From the NCBI GenBank assembly GCA_018675975.1, contig JABGXB010000003.1, positions 128,181-192,180 on the forward strand: a stretch of 64,000 nucleotides of DNA, read 5' to 3'. Within the stretch, counting starts at the first letter, position 1. Each line of letters opens with the position of its first letter. The DNA is from Candidatus Woesearchaeota archaeon. GTDB taxonomy: Archaea; Nanobdellota; Nanobdellia; Woesearchaeales; JABGXB01. The notes below the pieces were generated by a model. The model did no database searches. It saw nothing but the letters and a program-made list of their open reading frames with translations, and had not been told where the DNA came from. This document shows, in pieces, positions 52,548-62,112 of this stretch. The translations under genes were made by a program, and so were the position numbers.

Positions 52548-55500
52548 TTGAAATTTAAACATAAGTTTATTTTAATAGTATTAGTTTTAATAATTTTAAA
52601 TTCTTCATTTATAACATCATTACCCTATGAAACACCAGTAAAATATATGTTTTCTCAAACACATGCGAATTTTAATAATCCCTCAGGAGCATATTACAAT
52701 AATCAAAGAAGCGCAGGAGATACGTGTGTAGAAGACAGTGATTGTAACAGTGGAGCATGTAAAAGAGAATTATATGTACATTCAATAGACTTATGCAAAG
52801 GATGGAATATACCATTTAATGAAGAAGGATGTATGTCAGCCATCTTTTCTTGCGTTAGAGATGATTTTCAATGTTCAAAATGGTCATCAAAGAATTATTA
52901 TGGATTTAATACAGGATATACTGAATCTGGAATATATTGTGCAGGAAATAATTTGGTTGGAGTAAAAAAGAATTATGGAAAAGAATGCACTGAAAATTAT
53001 GAATGTAGATATGCTTGTGCAAATTCAATCGACGATGATAAAAAATATTGTATAAAAGATTCAACATCTAAATGTAGTGGAAAAGATGTTGTCGGGTATG
53101 AATTAAATAAACAATTAAATGAATATACTTGTCTAAAAATAGGTGATACTTCAGACTTAAATTCATATTACGATGGAATTTTACAAGCCAATAATGGAGA
53201 AAGTTGTTCAACAAATATCGATTGTAAAAGTAATAATTGTTTAAAAGAAATAGATAGTGAAAATTCATTCTGTGCAGAAAGTGGAAAACAATGTTCTAAT
53301 CAAGGAGAAACAGGATTTACTATTGGAGAAAAATTAGTTGTTAGTGACTCTGAATATTATGGATGTACTGGATTGAGTGAATCAAAATTAGTAACAGAAA
53401 ATGGTTTTGCATGCAATACAAATGAAGAATGCGGAAGTAATAATTGTGTAAAAGAAATAGATAGTGAAAATTCATTCTGTGCAGATATTGGAAAACAATG
53501 TTCTAATCAAGGAGAAAATGGTTTTGACATAGGTGAAAGATTAACAATTAGTGATACAGAATATTATAAATGTACTGGATTAAGTGAATCAAAATTAGTA
53601 ACAGAAAATGGTTTTGCATGCAATACAAATGAAGAATGCGGAAGTAATAATTGTGTAAAAGAAATAGATAGTGAAAATTTGTTTTGTGCAGATACTGGAA
53701 AAGAATGTTCAAAACAGAATGAAAATGGGTACGAACAAGGTAATATTCTAAATGGTTATCAATGTATTGGGCTAAGCCAATCAGGGCTTGCATCAGGTTA
53801 TGACTGCAATTCAGATTCAGATTGTCTCACCCAATCGTGCATTATAGATATTTTCGACCAAAGTCAAACCGGAAAAGTTTGTGAATTAATCAATCTTGCC
53901 AGCATAGGAGTATCACTTAGTTTAGATGAAGCTGAAGGAAATTCTTATTTATACGAAAATGAAATAGGTGAAAAAATTAAATGGTATGATTGGTCCCTTA
54001 GAAACGTTTATGGAAAAAAAACATATTTTTATTTAAAAAATATAGAAAATATAGAAAATTTTGATTCAGCAAATTTATACATAAAACCAAATAATAGAGA
54101 AATTGAAAAAACTTACATTGCAAACAAAATATCAGATACAGAATATAGGGTCCATATACCATATAATGATTGCTATAGGAGAAATAATTGTCTAACAGAT
54201 TATCCAATAGATAGAGTGGAAAATTATTCATATTATTGGATATTAAGAGACAAAGCTGGTAAATTAAATAAATTAAAAACAGAAATTTTTGAAGTTACTA
54301 AAGAAGAAGCAATAACACCTGCAATATCTATAGAAAACAAACTAATATACACTAATTCAAAAAAATATGATAATGCAGTATTTTCAGATAATACAATAAC
54401 ATCAAATTATGATTTTAAAATCGAAATTAATCATAATGGAAAAAAAGAAATATACGATGGTATAAGAGATTTTTATTATAGACCAAACGAACTTGGAACA
54501 TATACTTTTAATTTGTCAAATAATCCAGAAAGTGAATGGCGTTTTACAGGATATTCAGAAAAAATAACTATGGAATTTACCAAACCTCCTTATCCACAAT
54601 TATTTAATTACGGTTATATGAATAATCAAATAATATTTCCAAATAAAGAAAAACCACAAATTACTCAAATTCATGAAGGTTATCAAATTTTCAATGAAAC
54701 AATTAATTTAAAATTAATATTAGATGGACAAATAATTGATTTAATAAAAAATAAAGAAATAATAAATGATGGACTTAACATGTACTTTATATACGATGGA
54801 AACAAATGGAAACAAGGTGAATATGGAAGTTCAATTTCTCAACAGATAATTATTAATTATACTGATGAATTCGAACCAGGGAAACATGAAATATATTTTA
54901 GTGTTACAGACCCATTTGGACAAACGACAAATACTCCAAGAAGAACGGTTACAGTAGAAAAGAAAACATATGATTTTGATATTATATTAGATGGTGATCA
55001 ATTGTTTGGAGCACACCCATTAGACTATTCAGAAATCATAATCAAAAAAAATCAAGATAACAGTGTATCATATAAAATTGATATAATTAATCAAAATAAA
55101 AATTTAATATTCACAAAAGAAATCTCAAATGGAATTGATGCAAAAATATATTATGAGTTTCCAGAAGATGGAACATATACAATAAATGTAACTAGTCCTG
55201 AAACTAATAATTATCAATACATAAATAAACAACAAATCATTACAGTTTATTCAATAATACCTTCTGCATTTATACACAATCAAATAATTAACTATAATAA
55301 TCCATTTGGACAATTAGATGATCATTTATTTTATTTTGAATATAATACAGCAAATTTAATTGAAAATGATAAATTAAAATCAGATTGTTCTGATTTAAGA
55401 ATATTTGAAAAAGATACAGAAATTTTAATTAATCATGCAATTGAAAATAATTGTAATACAGTAAATACCAAAATTTGGATGAGAGATGACTTAGTTGGAG

Positions 55501-58500
55501 GACTTAATCAATACATTCTGGCAAGTGGAAATCCTTTTGTAAAAAATTCAGGAGAAAAAAGTTCATTATCAACAGAGGATAACTTTTTCATTCAATTATC
55601 AAAACACGATAGTTTTGAAAAATATGAAAATGATAGAACTAACTTTACAATGGTAGCTATTGATAAAGTTAATAATATTGATACGACAACAGCAAAATTC
55701 TTTTTTAAAACCCCTGCCTCAATATACGACTTTAATGAACATACACCAGATTATGATAGTTTAACTAATTCTTTTAAATATAAAAGAGTTTTAGGTCCAG
55801 GTGAATATAGTTATTATTGGAAAATAAAAAATGATTTAGGACATACAATAGAGAGTAGCATAAATACATTTACAGTAGAAAAAAATGTGCCAAATTTAAA
55901 TTTAAAAATAAATGAAAATAATATAGAAAATATAAATAATATAATTACATATGATAATACAAAAATAGATTACAATTTAATTGATACAGAAGGTAATATA
56001 AAAATTCAAATATATGATTCAAATAATAATTTATTTAAAACATTAAATGAATTTAATACCATAACTGAAGTATTTAATTTTACAAAACAAGGAACATATA
56101 ATATAGTATATTCATTTGATGGAAATAATGATTATAGTCAATTTTCAAATAGTTTTTTAATTAATGTTAAACCAGAAAGAATTTCTCCTGAAATTACAAT
56201 ACAAAAATTAGAAACAGATTTGATTGAAATTGAACCAAATAAATTTAAATATGATCCAAATAAAAAAATAAAATTTATTATTAATGTAACAGATTTTTCA
56301 GGCATTAAAAAAACCATAATGACAATAAATAATGAAGAAACTGAAATCCTAGTTAATTCAAATAATTTTGAAACGGAAGTAATATATGAAACTAATCTTG
56401 ATGCAGGAAATTATGATTATTATTGGAGAGCATACGACAATTCAGGAAATATAGTGAATGGTGCAGGTAAATTATTTGAGATTGAAAAAGCAGATTATGA
56501 ACTTGTAACTGCTATTTCAACGTCACCTGAAGAAATAATAAATAAAAAAGTTACAGATAAAGTATTAATTGAATCTCAAATATTTCCACAAACTAATTAT
56601 AATATGAAAATTAGTTTAAATGGTGCAGAAATAGAAAATAAACAATCAATATCATTTAGTCAAGAATTAGATTTAGAAAACGAAGGAACATATACAATCG
56701 AATTTTCATCAATAGAAAATAATAATTATAATCCAACATCAAAAATTATTACTATAAATGTTGAAAAAGAAACAGTTCCACCAGAAATTAGTAGTAAAAA
56801 TATTAATGCTCCTGAAAAATATGATAAAGAAACAAATACAGTTATTAGCATTAATGCAAATGATGATTATGGTTTGAAAGATAATGCATTATTAATATTG
56901 AATAATAAAGAATATTTAGTGCCAAATAATAATGGAATATATAAATTTGAAAAAGTTTTAAATGCAAGTTTATATACATATAAATGGAAAGTACTTGATG
57001 TTTTTGATAATTTTGTAGAAACTGAACAAAAAACATTTACAATTGAAAAAAGAAATACGCATATAATTTCAAATATTGATGGAGATAATGCAAATAATCT
57101 TAATATTGGATTAAGTGATCAAGTTATTATTAATGCAAATATAATGCCTCCATATTTAGAATATAATATGAAATTAAAATATGGGGAAGAAGAAAAAATT
57201 AATGAAAATGAAAATAATTTTGCAGAAGAGTATATATTTAATAATGAAGGATTATATGAACTAAATTTCAATTATATTGGAGATAAAAATCATTTAAGTA
57301 ATTCGTCAATACATAATATTGAAGTGGCAAAAGAAACTGAACCGCCAACAATTACATCAAATACATTCACATCACCTAATAGTTATGATAGTAATACTAA
57401 TACAATAATAACACTTTCTGCATCAGATAATTATGGTATTAAAAATAAAATTGAATTAATATTAAATGATATAATACATGAAGTAAATTTAAAAAATGAA
57501 AATGAGGGAGTTTATACTTTTGAATTTAATAAATTATTAAATGCAGGAAATTATAATTATAAATGGAAAGTATTAGATAAGTTTGATAATTTAATTGAGA
57601 CTGAATTGAAAACATTCACAATTACTAAAAAAGACCCATTATTAAATTTATTAATTAATGATGAATTTTTAAATAAAGAAATAATTGAATTAGAAAATAT
57701 AAAAGTAATTTCTAAAATGGTGGAACCAGTTGATAATTATAAGTTTATTATAATAAATAAACAGGACGATAGTACTTATTTTGAATATGATGGTGAATAT
57801 GAACAATTTATTGCATTTCCACAATCCAATGAATATGATATAAAAATAGTATATTCAGGTAATGAAAATTATAATGAAAAAGAAAAAAAATTAACAGTAA
57901 CTGTAACAAAAGAAAAAAATGCTCCAATAATAACAAGAAATGAATTTGTATACAATGCAGAATATTCACAAGATAAATCAATTTTTATTGTTAATGCAAG
58001 TGATGATAAAGGAATTAAATCTATTGCAGAATTAATTTTAGATCAAAAAACCATTAATGTTAATAGAGATGCTAATGAATTATTTAATTATTCGACAATA
58101 CTTAGCGCAGGACCACATTCGTATTATTGGAAAGTTTATGATTTAAATAATAATTTGGTTGTAACAAAATTAGAAACGTTTGAAATATTAAAAAAAACAC
58201 CAAATATTCAAATTTCAATAGATGATTCAAATGTTGATAAAACAATAAAAACATTTGAATTTTTTAATATAAAAGCAAATACTATTGAACCAAACAATAA
58301 TGATTTTAATTATAATATATACAAAGACAATCAATTAATTAGTTCTGGAGTTAAAAATAATTTAAATGACTTAATATCAAATAATCAAGTTGGAAATTAT
58401 AAATATGAAATTGAATATTTAGGAAATATTAATTATAGTGGTTTGAAAAAATCAATGAATTTAAATACAATTAACGAACAAGATAAACCAAAAATAAATT

Positions 58501-61500
58501 TAATTGAACAAAGTTCACCAGATACTTATAATAGTGATAAAAGTATAATTTCTTTGACAAGTTCAGATATATCTGGAATAAAATCAGCAATATTAAATTT
58601 AAATAATGAATTAATTGAAATGGAATTATTAAATATAGAAGAAAATATATTTAAACATAAATTTGAAAAAATATTATCAGCAGGAAAATATAATTATAAT
58701 ATAATCATAAAAGATAATTCAGGTAATGAATTTTTGTCTGAAACAAAAGAATTTATTATTAAAAAAGCTAAAGCAGAATTCAATTTAAAATTAAATGGAC
58801 AAAATACTGATGTAAATATAGAAGTTGGAAATAAATTAAATATAAAAACAGATATAATTAATCCAAGTGGTGAAGAATATGATATGTTTATTTTCGATCA
58901 AAATAGAGGCATCATACAAGAGTATACATATAGTGAATATAATGAAATTGAAATTGACATATTAAATGAAAATGATCAATATATTAATTTAACATTTGAT
59001 GGGAATGAAAATTATACAAAAAGTTCAATTGAATATGTAGTATTTTTTAATGAAGATATTACGCCACCAAGAATAAATTATGACAATTTAGAAATTGCAA
59101 TGCCAAATTCTCCAAGTAAATATGAAATTGGAGGTAAAATTAAATTTGAAATTAATGCAAGTGATTTTTCTGGATTGAAAAATATTGCTAAATTAAATAT
59201 TTCAAATACACTATTTGATGTTGAATATAATAATGGTAAATATTCATATGAAATACAATTACAATCAGGAGAATACAAATATAATTGGATTATTGAAGAT
59301 AATAAAAATAATAAAGTGATTTCAGATACCAATACACATAAAATACAAAAAAATAGTATTAATGTAACTTTAAGTTTTAAAGATAATATAATAAAACAAA
59401 ATACTAGTGAAAAAATAGAAGCATTTGTAAATATTAGTGGAAATGAAGGATTACCTTATGAAATATTTTTTGATAATGAAATAAAAAAATATACTCAAAA
59501 AGAAAAATTTAATATAACTAAATTAAAATCAGGAGTTTATAATTTAGATTTTAAATTTAATGAAACTGAAAATTTTTATGAAAAAATAATTAATAAAACA
59601 GTAATTTTTGTGGATGATATATTACCATTAGGAGTTAAAAATCTAAATGAATATAATTATTCAAATACAAGTACAGTAATTACATTTGAAACAATTGAAA
59701 CTGAAGATTTTGAATCATATGAAATTTATGTAAATAATGAATTAATTAATACGAGTAAAGACATAAATGAAAGATTTTACAAATTATATGATTTTGTAAT
59801 AGGAACAAAATATACTGCAAAAGTCGTGACAAAAGATGTTAATGGAAATAAAGTTGAACAAAAAATAGATTTTGTATTTGCTAAAGACTATAAACCAATA
59901 AAAGTAAAAGAAATAAAAAAAGAAATAAAAAATAATTTAGAATATTATATAGTTGAATTTAATAATGAGATAAGTGAAATTAAAAAAGAAAATTTACACA
60001 TAAAACAAGGTGAAAAAGAATTTGATAAAGCTGTACTATTCGATGGAAGAATATTAAAAATTTATCCAATAGGTGAAATCAAACAAAATGAAGATATTAC
60101 TATAAGAATAGATAGTGGAATAAAGGATAAATATAATCAAACATTTTTAGGAATTGAACATAATATAAAAACAAGTATAAGTGATATAGATGGAGATTTA
60201 ATTAGTGATATTACAGATGATGATAAAGATGGTGATGGATTAAATGATGAAATTGACAATGTATATGGAACAATACCTAAACACAATTTTGAAGTGATAA
60301 ATACATATATTGAAAATTTTGCTGATATTAATAATAAAAATTATGTTGATGTAAAAAATATTAAATTTAAAATGAATGAAAATACATTGGTATCATTTAA
60401 TCATAATTTTAGTGAAAATAAATTAGATTTAACTGATATATTAATTTTACAAGATAATTTAAATGGAAATAAAATTATTGTAAAAAATATTAATCAAACA
60501 GGAACCAAAGATATTTCATTTAAAAAAATAAATGATAAAAATAATGACATTTGTATTTTAGATAAACATAATGCAACAATTACTCAAACAACTAATAAAT
60601 GTACAAATAAAAATGAAATATTTGTTCAATGTGATGGTAAAATTCAAAATAATTATATTTGTAATATAGTAAATGGATGGTTTGTTGTAATGGGATTAAA
60701 AAATTCTGCAGTTCAAGAATTTTGTAGTGAAAATTGGAAATATACAGAATGGTCAACTTGTGCTAATAGTATACAAACAAGAGAAGCTGAAGATTTAAAT
60801 GAATGTGAAACTATATTTAAAAGAGAAGAATTAATGAGATCATGTACAGAAAAAATTGAAAAAACAAAAACAACAAAATCAACTAGTTCATCAGGAGGAG
60901 GATCTGGCTCAAATAAAAAAAGTATATTTAAATCCAAACTTCCACCATTAATAACAAGTACAAAAAATGAAACAGTAGCATCTAAACAAAATACAAATCA
61001 AACTAATGTTAAAAAAATCATAAAACAAAATAATGTAAATAATAATAATAAAACATCAATTAGTAAAAATATAAGTCAAGTATTAAAAAAACCAGATTCA
61101 GAAATAGAAAATAAGGTGAAAGAAATTATAACTCAACAACCTATTAATGAAATTCAAAATACTAAAAGTAATTGGAAATTATTTATACAAATTTTTATTA
61201 TTATATTAATATCAGGTATATTTATTGAATTTTCAATTATTGCATTTGTTAAACCAAAAGTAAAAACAAAATATTCAACGAATTATTATCAACCAGTAAA
61301 GTATTCACAACCAATAGTACAAAGACAAAGTATGAATTATATTGAAAAACCAAGATTTAGACAAATAAATCCATATATAAAAAAAACAAATCTAATGCAA
61401 AAAGTAAAACAAGCTATTTATTCTGAGAGTGAGAGCAATGAAAATTTAAAACAATATAATCAAATTAAAAAAGAAAATAGTAAAAAGAACGCGGTGGAAA

Positions 61501-61799
61501 TTGTAAGTGAGATAATTAATGGAAGTAATAATAAAAAGAACAAATCAAATCAAAATAATGATGGCAATAAAAATACTTATGAAATTCTAAATAAGGCATT
61601 TGATAAAATTAAATTAATTAATAATAAAAGTAAAAATGATATTAAGAAAAAAAATACTAATTTAATTAATAATAAATTAACTAATAATAAAATTAACAAG
61701 AAAAAGAATTCTAAAACTATATTGTCAAATATTATTGATTCAATGAATGAAATTAAAAATTCAAAAAAGAAAAAGAAATCTAATAAAAAAATTAAATAA
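52548..61799 (+). CDS. Giant (3083 aa) adhesin-like surface protein: Cys-rich repeats, DUF2341-like domain, tandem Ig-like pairs, DxDxDG, TSP1-like, TM, basic tail
   Basis: TTG start after GAGGGT; signal peptide; KSDCSDLRIF...IE...KIW...GNP; repeated PP.I...Y.Y.W...D..N and G.Y.I...Y.GN.NY units. Confidence 0.82.
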   Translation: MKFKHKFILIVLVLIILNSSFITSLPYETPVKYMFSQTHANFNNPSGAYYNNQRSAGDTCVEDSDCNSGACKRELYVHSIDLCKGWNIPFNEEGCMSAIFSCVRDDFQCSKWSSKNYYGFNTGYTESGIYCAGNNLVGVKKNYGKECTENYECRYACANSIDDDKKYCIKDSTSKCSGKDVVGYELNKQLNEYTCLKIGDTSDLNSYYDGILQANNGESCSTNIDCKSNNCLKEIDSENSFCAESGKQCSNQGETGFTIGEKLVVSDSEYYGCTGLSESKLVTENGFACNTNEECGSNNCVKEIDSENSFCADIGKQCSNQGENGFDIGERLTISDTEYYKCTGLSESKLVTENGFACNTNEECGSNNCVKEIDSENLFCADTGKECSKQNENGYEQGNILNGYQCIGLSQSGLASGYDCNSDSDCLTQSCIIDIFDQSQTGKVCELINLASIGVSLSLDEAEGNSYLYENEIGEKIKWYDWSLRNVYGKKTYFYLKNIENIENFDSANLYIKPNNREIEKTYIANKISDTEYRVHIPYNDCYRRNNCLTDYPIDRVENYSYYWILRDKAGKLNKLKTEIFEVTKEEAITPAISIENKLIYTNSKKYDNAVFSDNTITSNYDFKIEINHNGKKEIYDGIRDFYYRPNELGTYTFNLSNNPESEWRFTGYSEKITMEFTKPPYPQLFNYGYMNNQIIFPNKEKPQITQIHEGYQIFNETINLKLILDGQIIDLIKNKEIINDGLNMYFIYDGNKWKQGEYGSSISQQIIINYTDEFEPGKHEIYFSVTDPFGQTTNTPRRTVTVEKKTYDFDIILDGDQLFGAHPLDYSEIIIKKNQDNSVSYKIDIINQNKNLIFTKEISNGIDAKIYYEFPEDGTYTINVTSPETNNYQYINKQQIITVYSIIPSAFIHNQIINYNNPFGQLDDHLFYFEYNTANLIENDKLKSDCSDLRIFEKDTEILINHAIENNCNTVNTKIWMRDDLVGGLNQYILASGNPFVKNSGEKSSLSTEDNFFIQLSKHDSFEKYENDRTNFTMVAIDKVNNIDTTTAKFFFKTPASIYDFNEHTPDYDSLTNSFKYKRVLGPGEYSYYWKIKNDLGHTIESSINTFTVEKNVPNLNLKINENNIENINNIITYDNTKIDYNLIDTEGNIKIQIYDSNNNLFKTLNEFNTITEVFNFTKQGTYNIVYSFDGNNDYSQFSNSFLINVKPERISPEITIQKLETDLIEIEPNKFKYDPNKKIKFIINVTDFSGIKKTIMTINNEETEILVNSNNFETEVIYETNLDAGNYDYYWRAYDNSGNIVNGAGKLFEIEKADYELVTAISTSPEEIINKKVTDKVLIESQIFPQTNYNMKISLNGAEIENKQSISFSQELDLENEGTYTIEFSSIENNNYNPTSKIITINVEKETVPPEISSKNINAPEKYDKETNTVISINANDDYGLKDNALLILNNKEYLVPNNNGIYKFEKVLNASLYTYKWKVLDVFDNFVETEQKTFTIEKRNTHIISNIDGDNANNLNIGLSDQVIINANIMPPYLEYNMKLKYGEEEKINENENNFAEEYIFNNEGLYELNFNYIGDKNHLSNSSIHNIEVAKETEPPTITSNTFTSPNSYDSNTNTIITLSASDNYGIKNKIELILNDIIHEVNLKNENEGVYTFEFNKLLNAGNYNYKWKVLDKFDNLIETELKTFTITKKDPLLNLLINDEFLNKEIIELENIKVISKMVEPVDNYKFIIINKQDDSTYFEYDGEYEQFIAFPQSNEYDIKIVYSGNENYNEKEKKLTVTVTKEKNAPIITRNEFVYNAEYSQDKSIFIVNASDDKGIKSIAELILDQKTINVNRDANELFNYSTILSAGPHSYYWKVYDLNNNLVVTKLETFEILKKTPNIQISIDDSNVDKTIKTFEFFNIKANTIEPNNNDFNYNIYKDNQLISSGVKNNLNDLISNNQVGNYKYEIEYLGNINYSGLKKSMNLNTINEQDKPKINLIEQSSPDTYNSDKSIISLTSSDISGIKSAILNLNNELIEMELLNIEENIFKHKFEKILSAGKYNYNIIIKDNSGNEFLSETKEFIIKKAKAEFNLKLNGQNTDVNIEVGNKLNIKTDIINPSGEEYDMFIFDQNRGIIQEYTYSEYNEIEIDILNENDQYINLTFDGNENYTKSSIEYVVFFNEDITPPRINYDNLEIAMPNSPSKYEIGGKIKFEINASDFSGLKNIAKLNISNTLFDVEYNNGKYSYEIQLQSGEYKYNWIIEDNKNNKVISDTNTHKIQKNSINVTLSFKDNIIKQNTSEKIEAFVNISGNEGLPYEIFFDNEIKKYTQKEKFNITKLKSGVYNLDFKFNETENFYEKIINKTVIFVDDILPLGVKNLNEYNYSNTSTVITFETIETEDFESYEIYVNNELINTSKDINERFYKLYDFVIGTKYTAKVVTKDVNGNKVEQKIDFVFAKDYKPIKVKEIKKEIKNNLEYYIVEFNNEISEIKKENLHIKQGEKEFDKAVLFDGRILKIYPIGEIKQNEDITIRIDSGIKDKYNQTFLGIEHNIKTSISDIDGDLISDITDDDKDGDGLNDEIDNVYGTIPKHNFEVINTYIENFADINNKNYVDVKNIKFKMNENTLVSFNHNFSENKLDLTDILILQDNLNGNKIIVKNINQTGTKDISFKKINDKNNDICILDKHNATITQTTNKCTNKNEIFVQCDGKIQNNYICNIVNGWFVVMGLKNSAVQEFCSENWKYTEWSTCANSIQTREAEDLNECETIFKREELMRSCTEKIEKTKTTKSTSSSGGGSGSNKKSIFKSKLPPLITSTKNETVASKQNTNQTNVKKIIKQNNVNNNNKTSISKNISQVLKKPDSEIENKVKEIITQQPINEIQNTKSNWKLFIQIFIIILISGIFIEFSIIAFVKPKVKTKYSTNYYQPVKYSQPIVQRQSMNYIEKPRFRQINPYIKKTNLMQKVKQAIYSESESNENLKQYNQIKKENSKKNAVEIVSEIINGSNNKKNKSNQNNDGNKNTYEILNKAFDKIKLINNKSKNDIKKKNTNLINNKLTNNKINKKKNSKTILSNIIDSMNEIKNSKKKKKSNKKIK
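53231..53730 (+). repeat. Intragenic 207-bp (69-aa) tandem repeat, about 2.4 well-conserved copies
   Basis: TAATAATTGT.TAAAAGAAATAGATAGTGAAAATT starts at 53231, 53438 and 53645. Confidence 0.9.
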
Positions 61800-61895
61800 T
61801 AATTATAATAGTAATCAGAATATAATAATTAGACTGGACATATTAGACAAGTAAGCAAAAATGATTTAATAATGTAACAATAATATTATAATACA

Positions 61896-62069
61896 ATGGC
61901 AAAACGATATAAACCAGTCAATCTACCAGAAAATTTGATTAAAGAAATAGATTTCTATGTAAATAGGTCTAATTTACATACCAGCCGTGCGGGTCTGATT
62001 AAGTATATATTAGTTAATTGGGTACAAGATAAAGAAAAACAAATTTTTAAAAAAATCTTTACTAGTTAA
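61896..62069 (+). CDS. Ribbon-helix-helix (CopG/MetJ-like) regulator, 57 aa, not in the ORF track
   Basis: MAKRYKPVNLPENLIKEIDFYV...TSRAGLIKYILVNW. Confidence 0.8.
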   Translation: MAKRYKPVNLPENLIKEIDFYVNRSNLHTSRAGLIKYILVNWVQDKEKQIFKKIFTS

Positions 62070-62112
62070 TTATAATAAGAATTTTTATTAATATATCAAA
62101 ATTATTAAAAAT

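Noticed and set aside
53231..53730. Diversity-generating retroelement TR/VR pair
   Set aside because: Copies are tandem and in-frame, mismatches are not adenine-specific, and there is no reverse transcriptase in the window.
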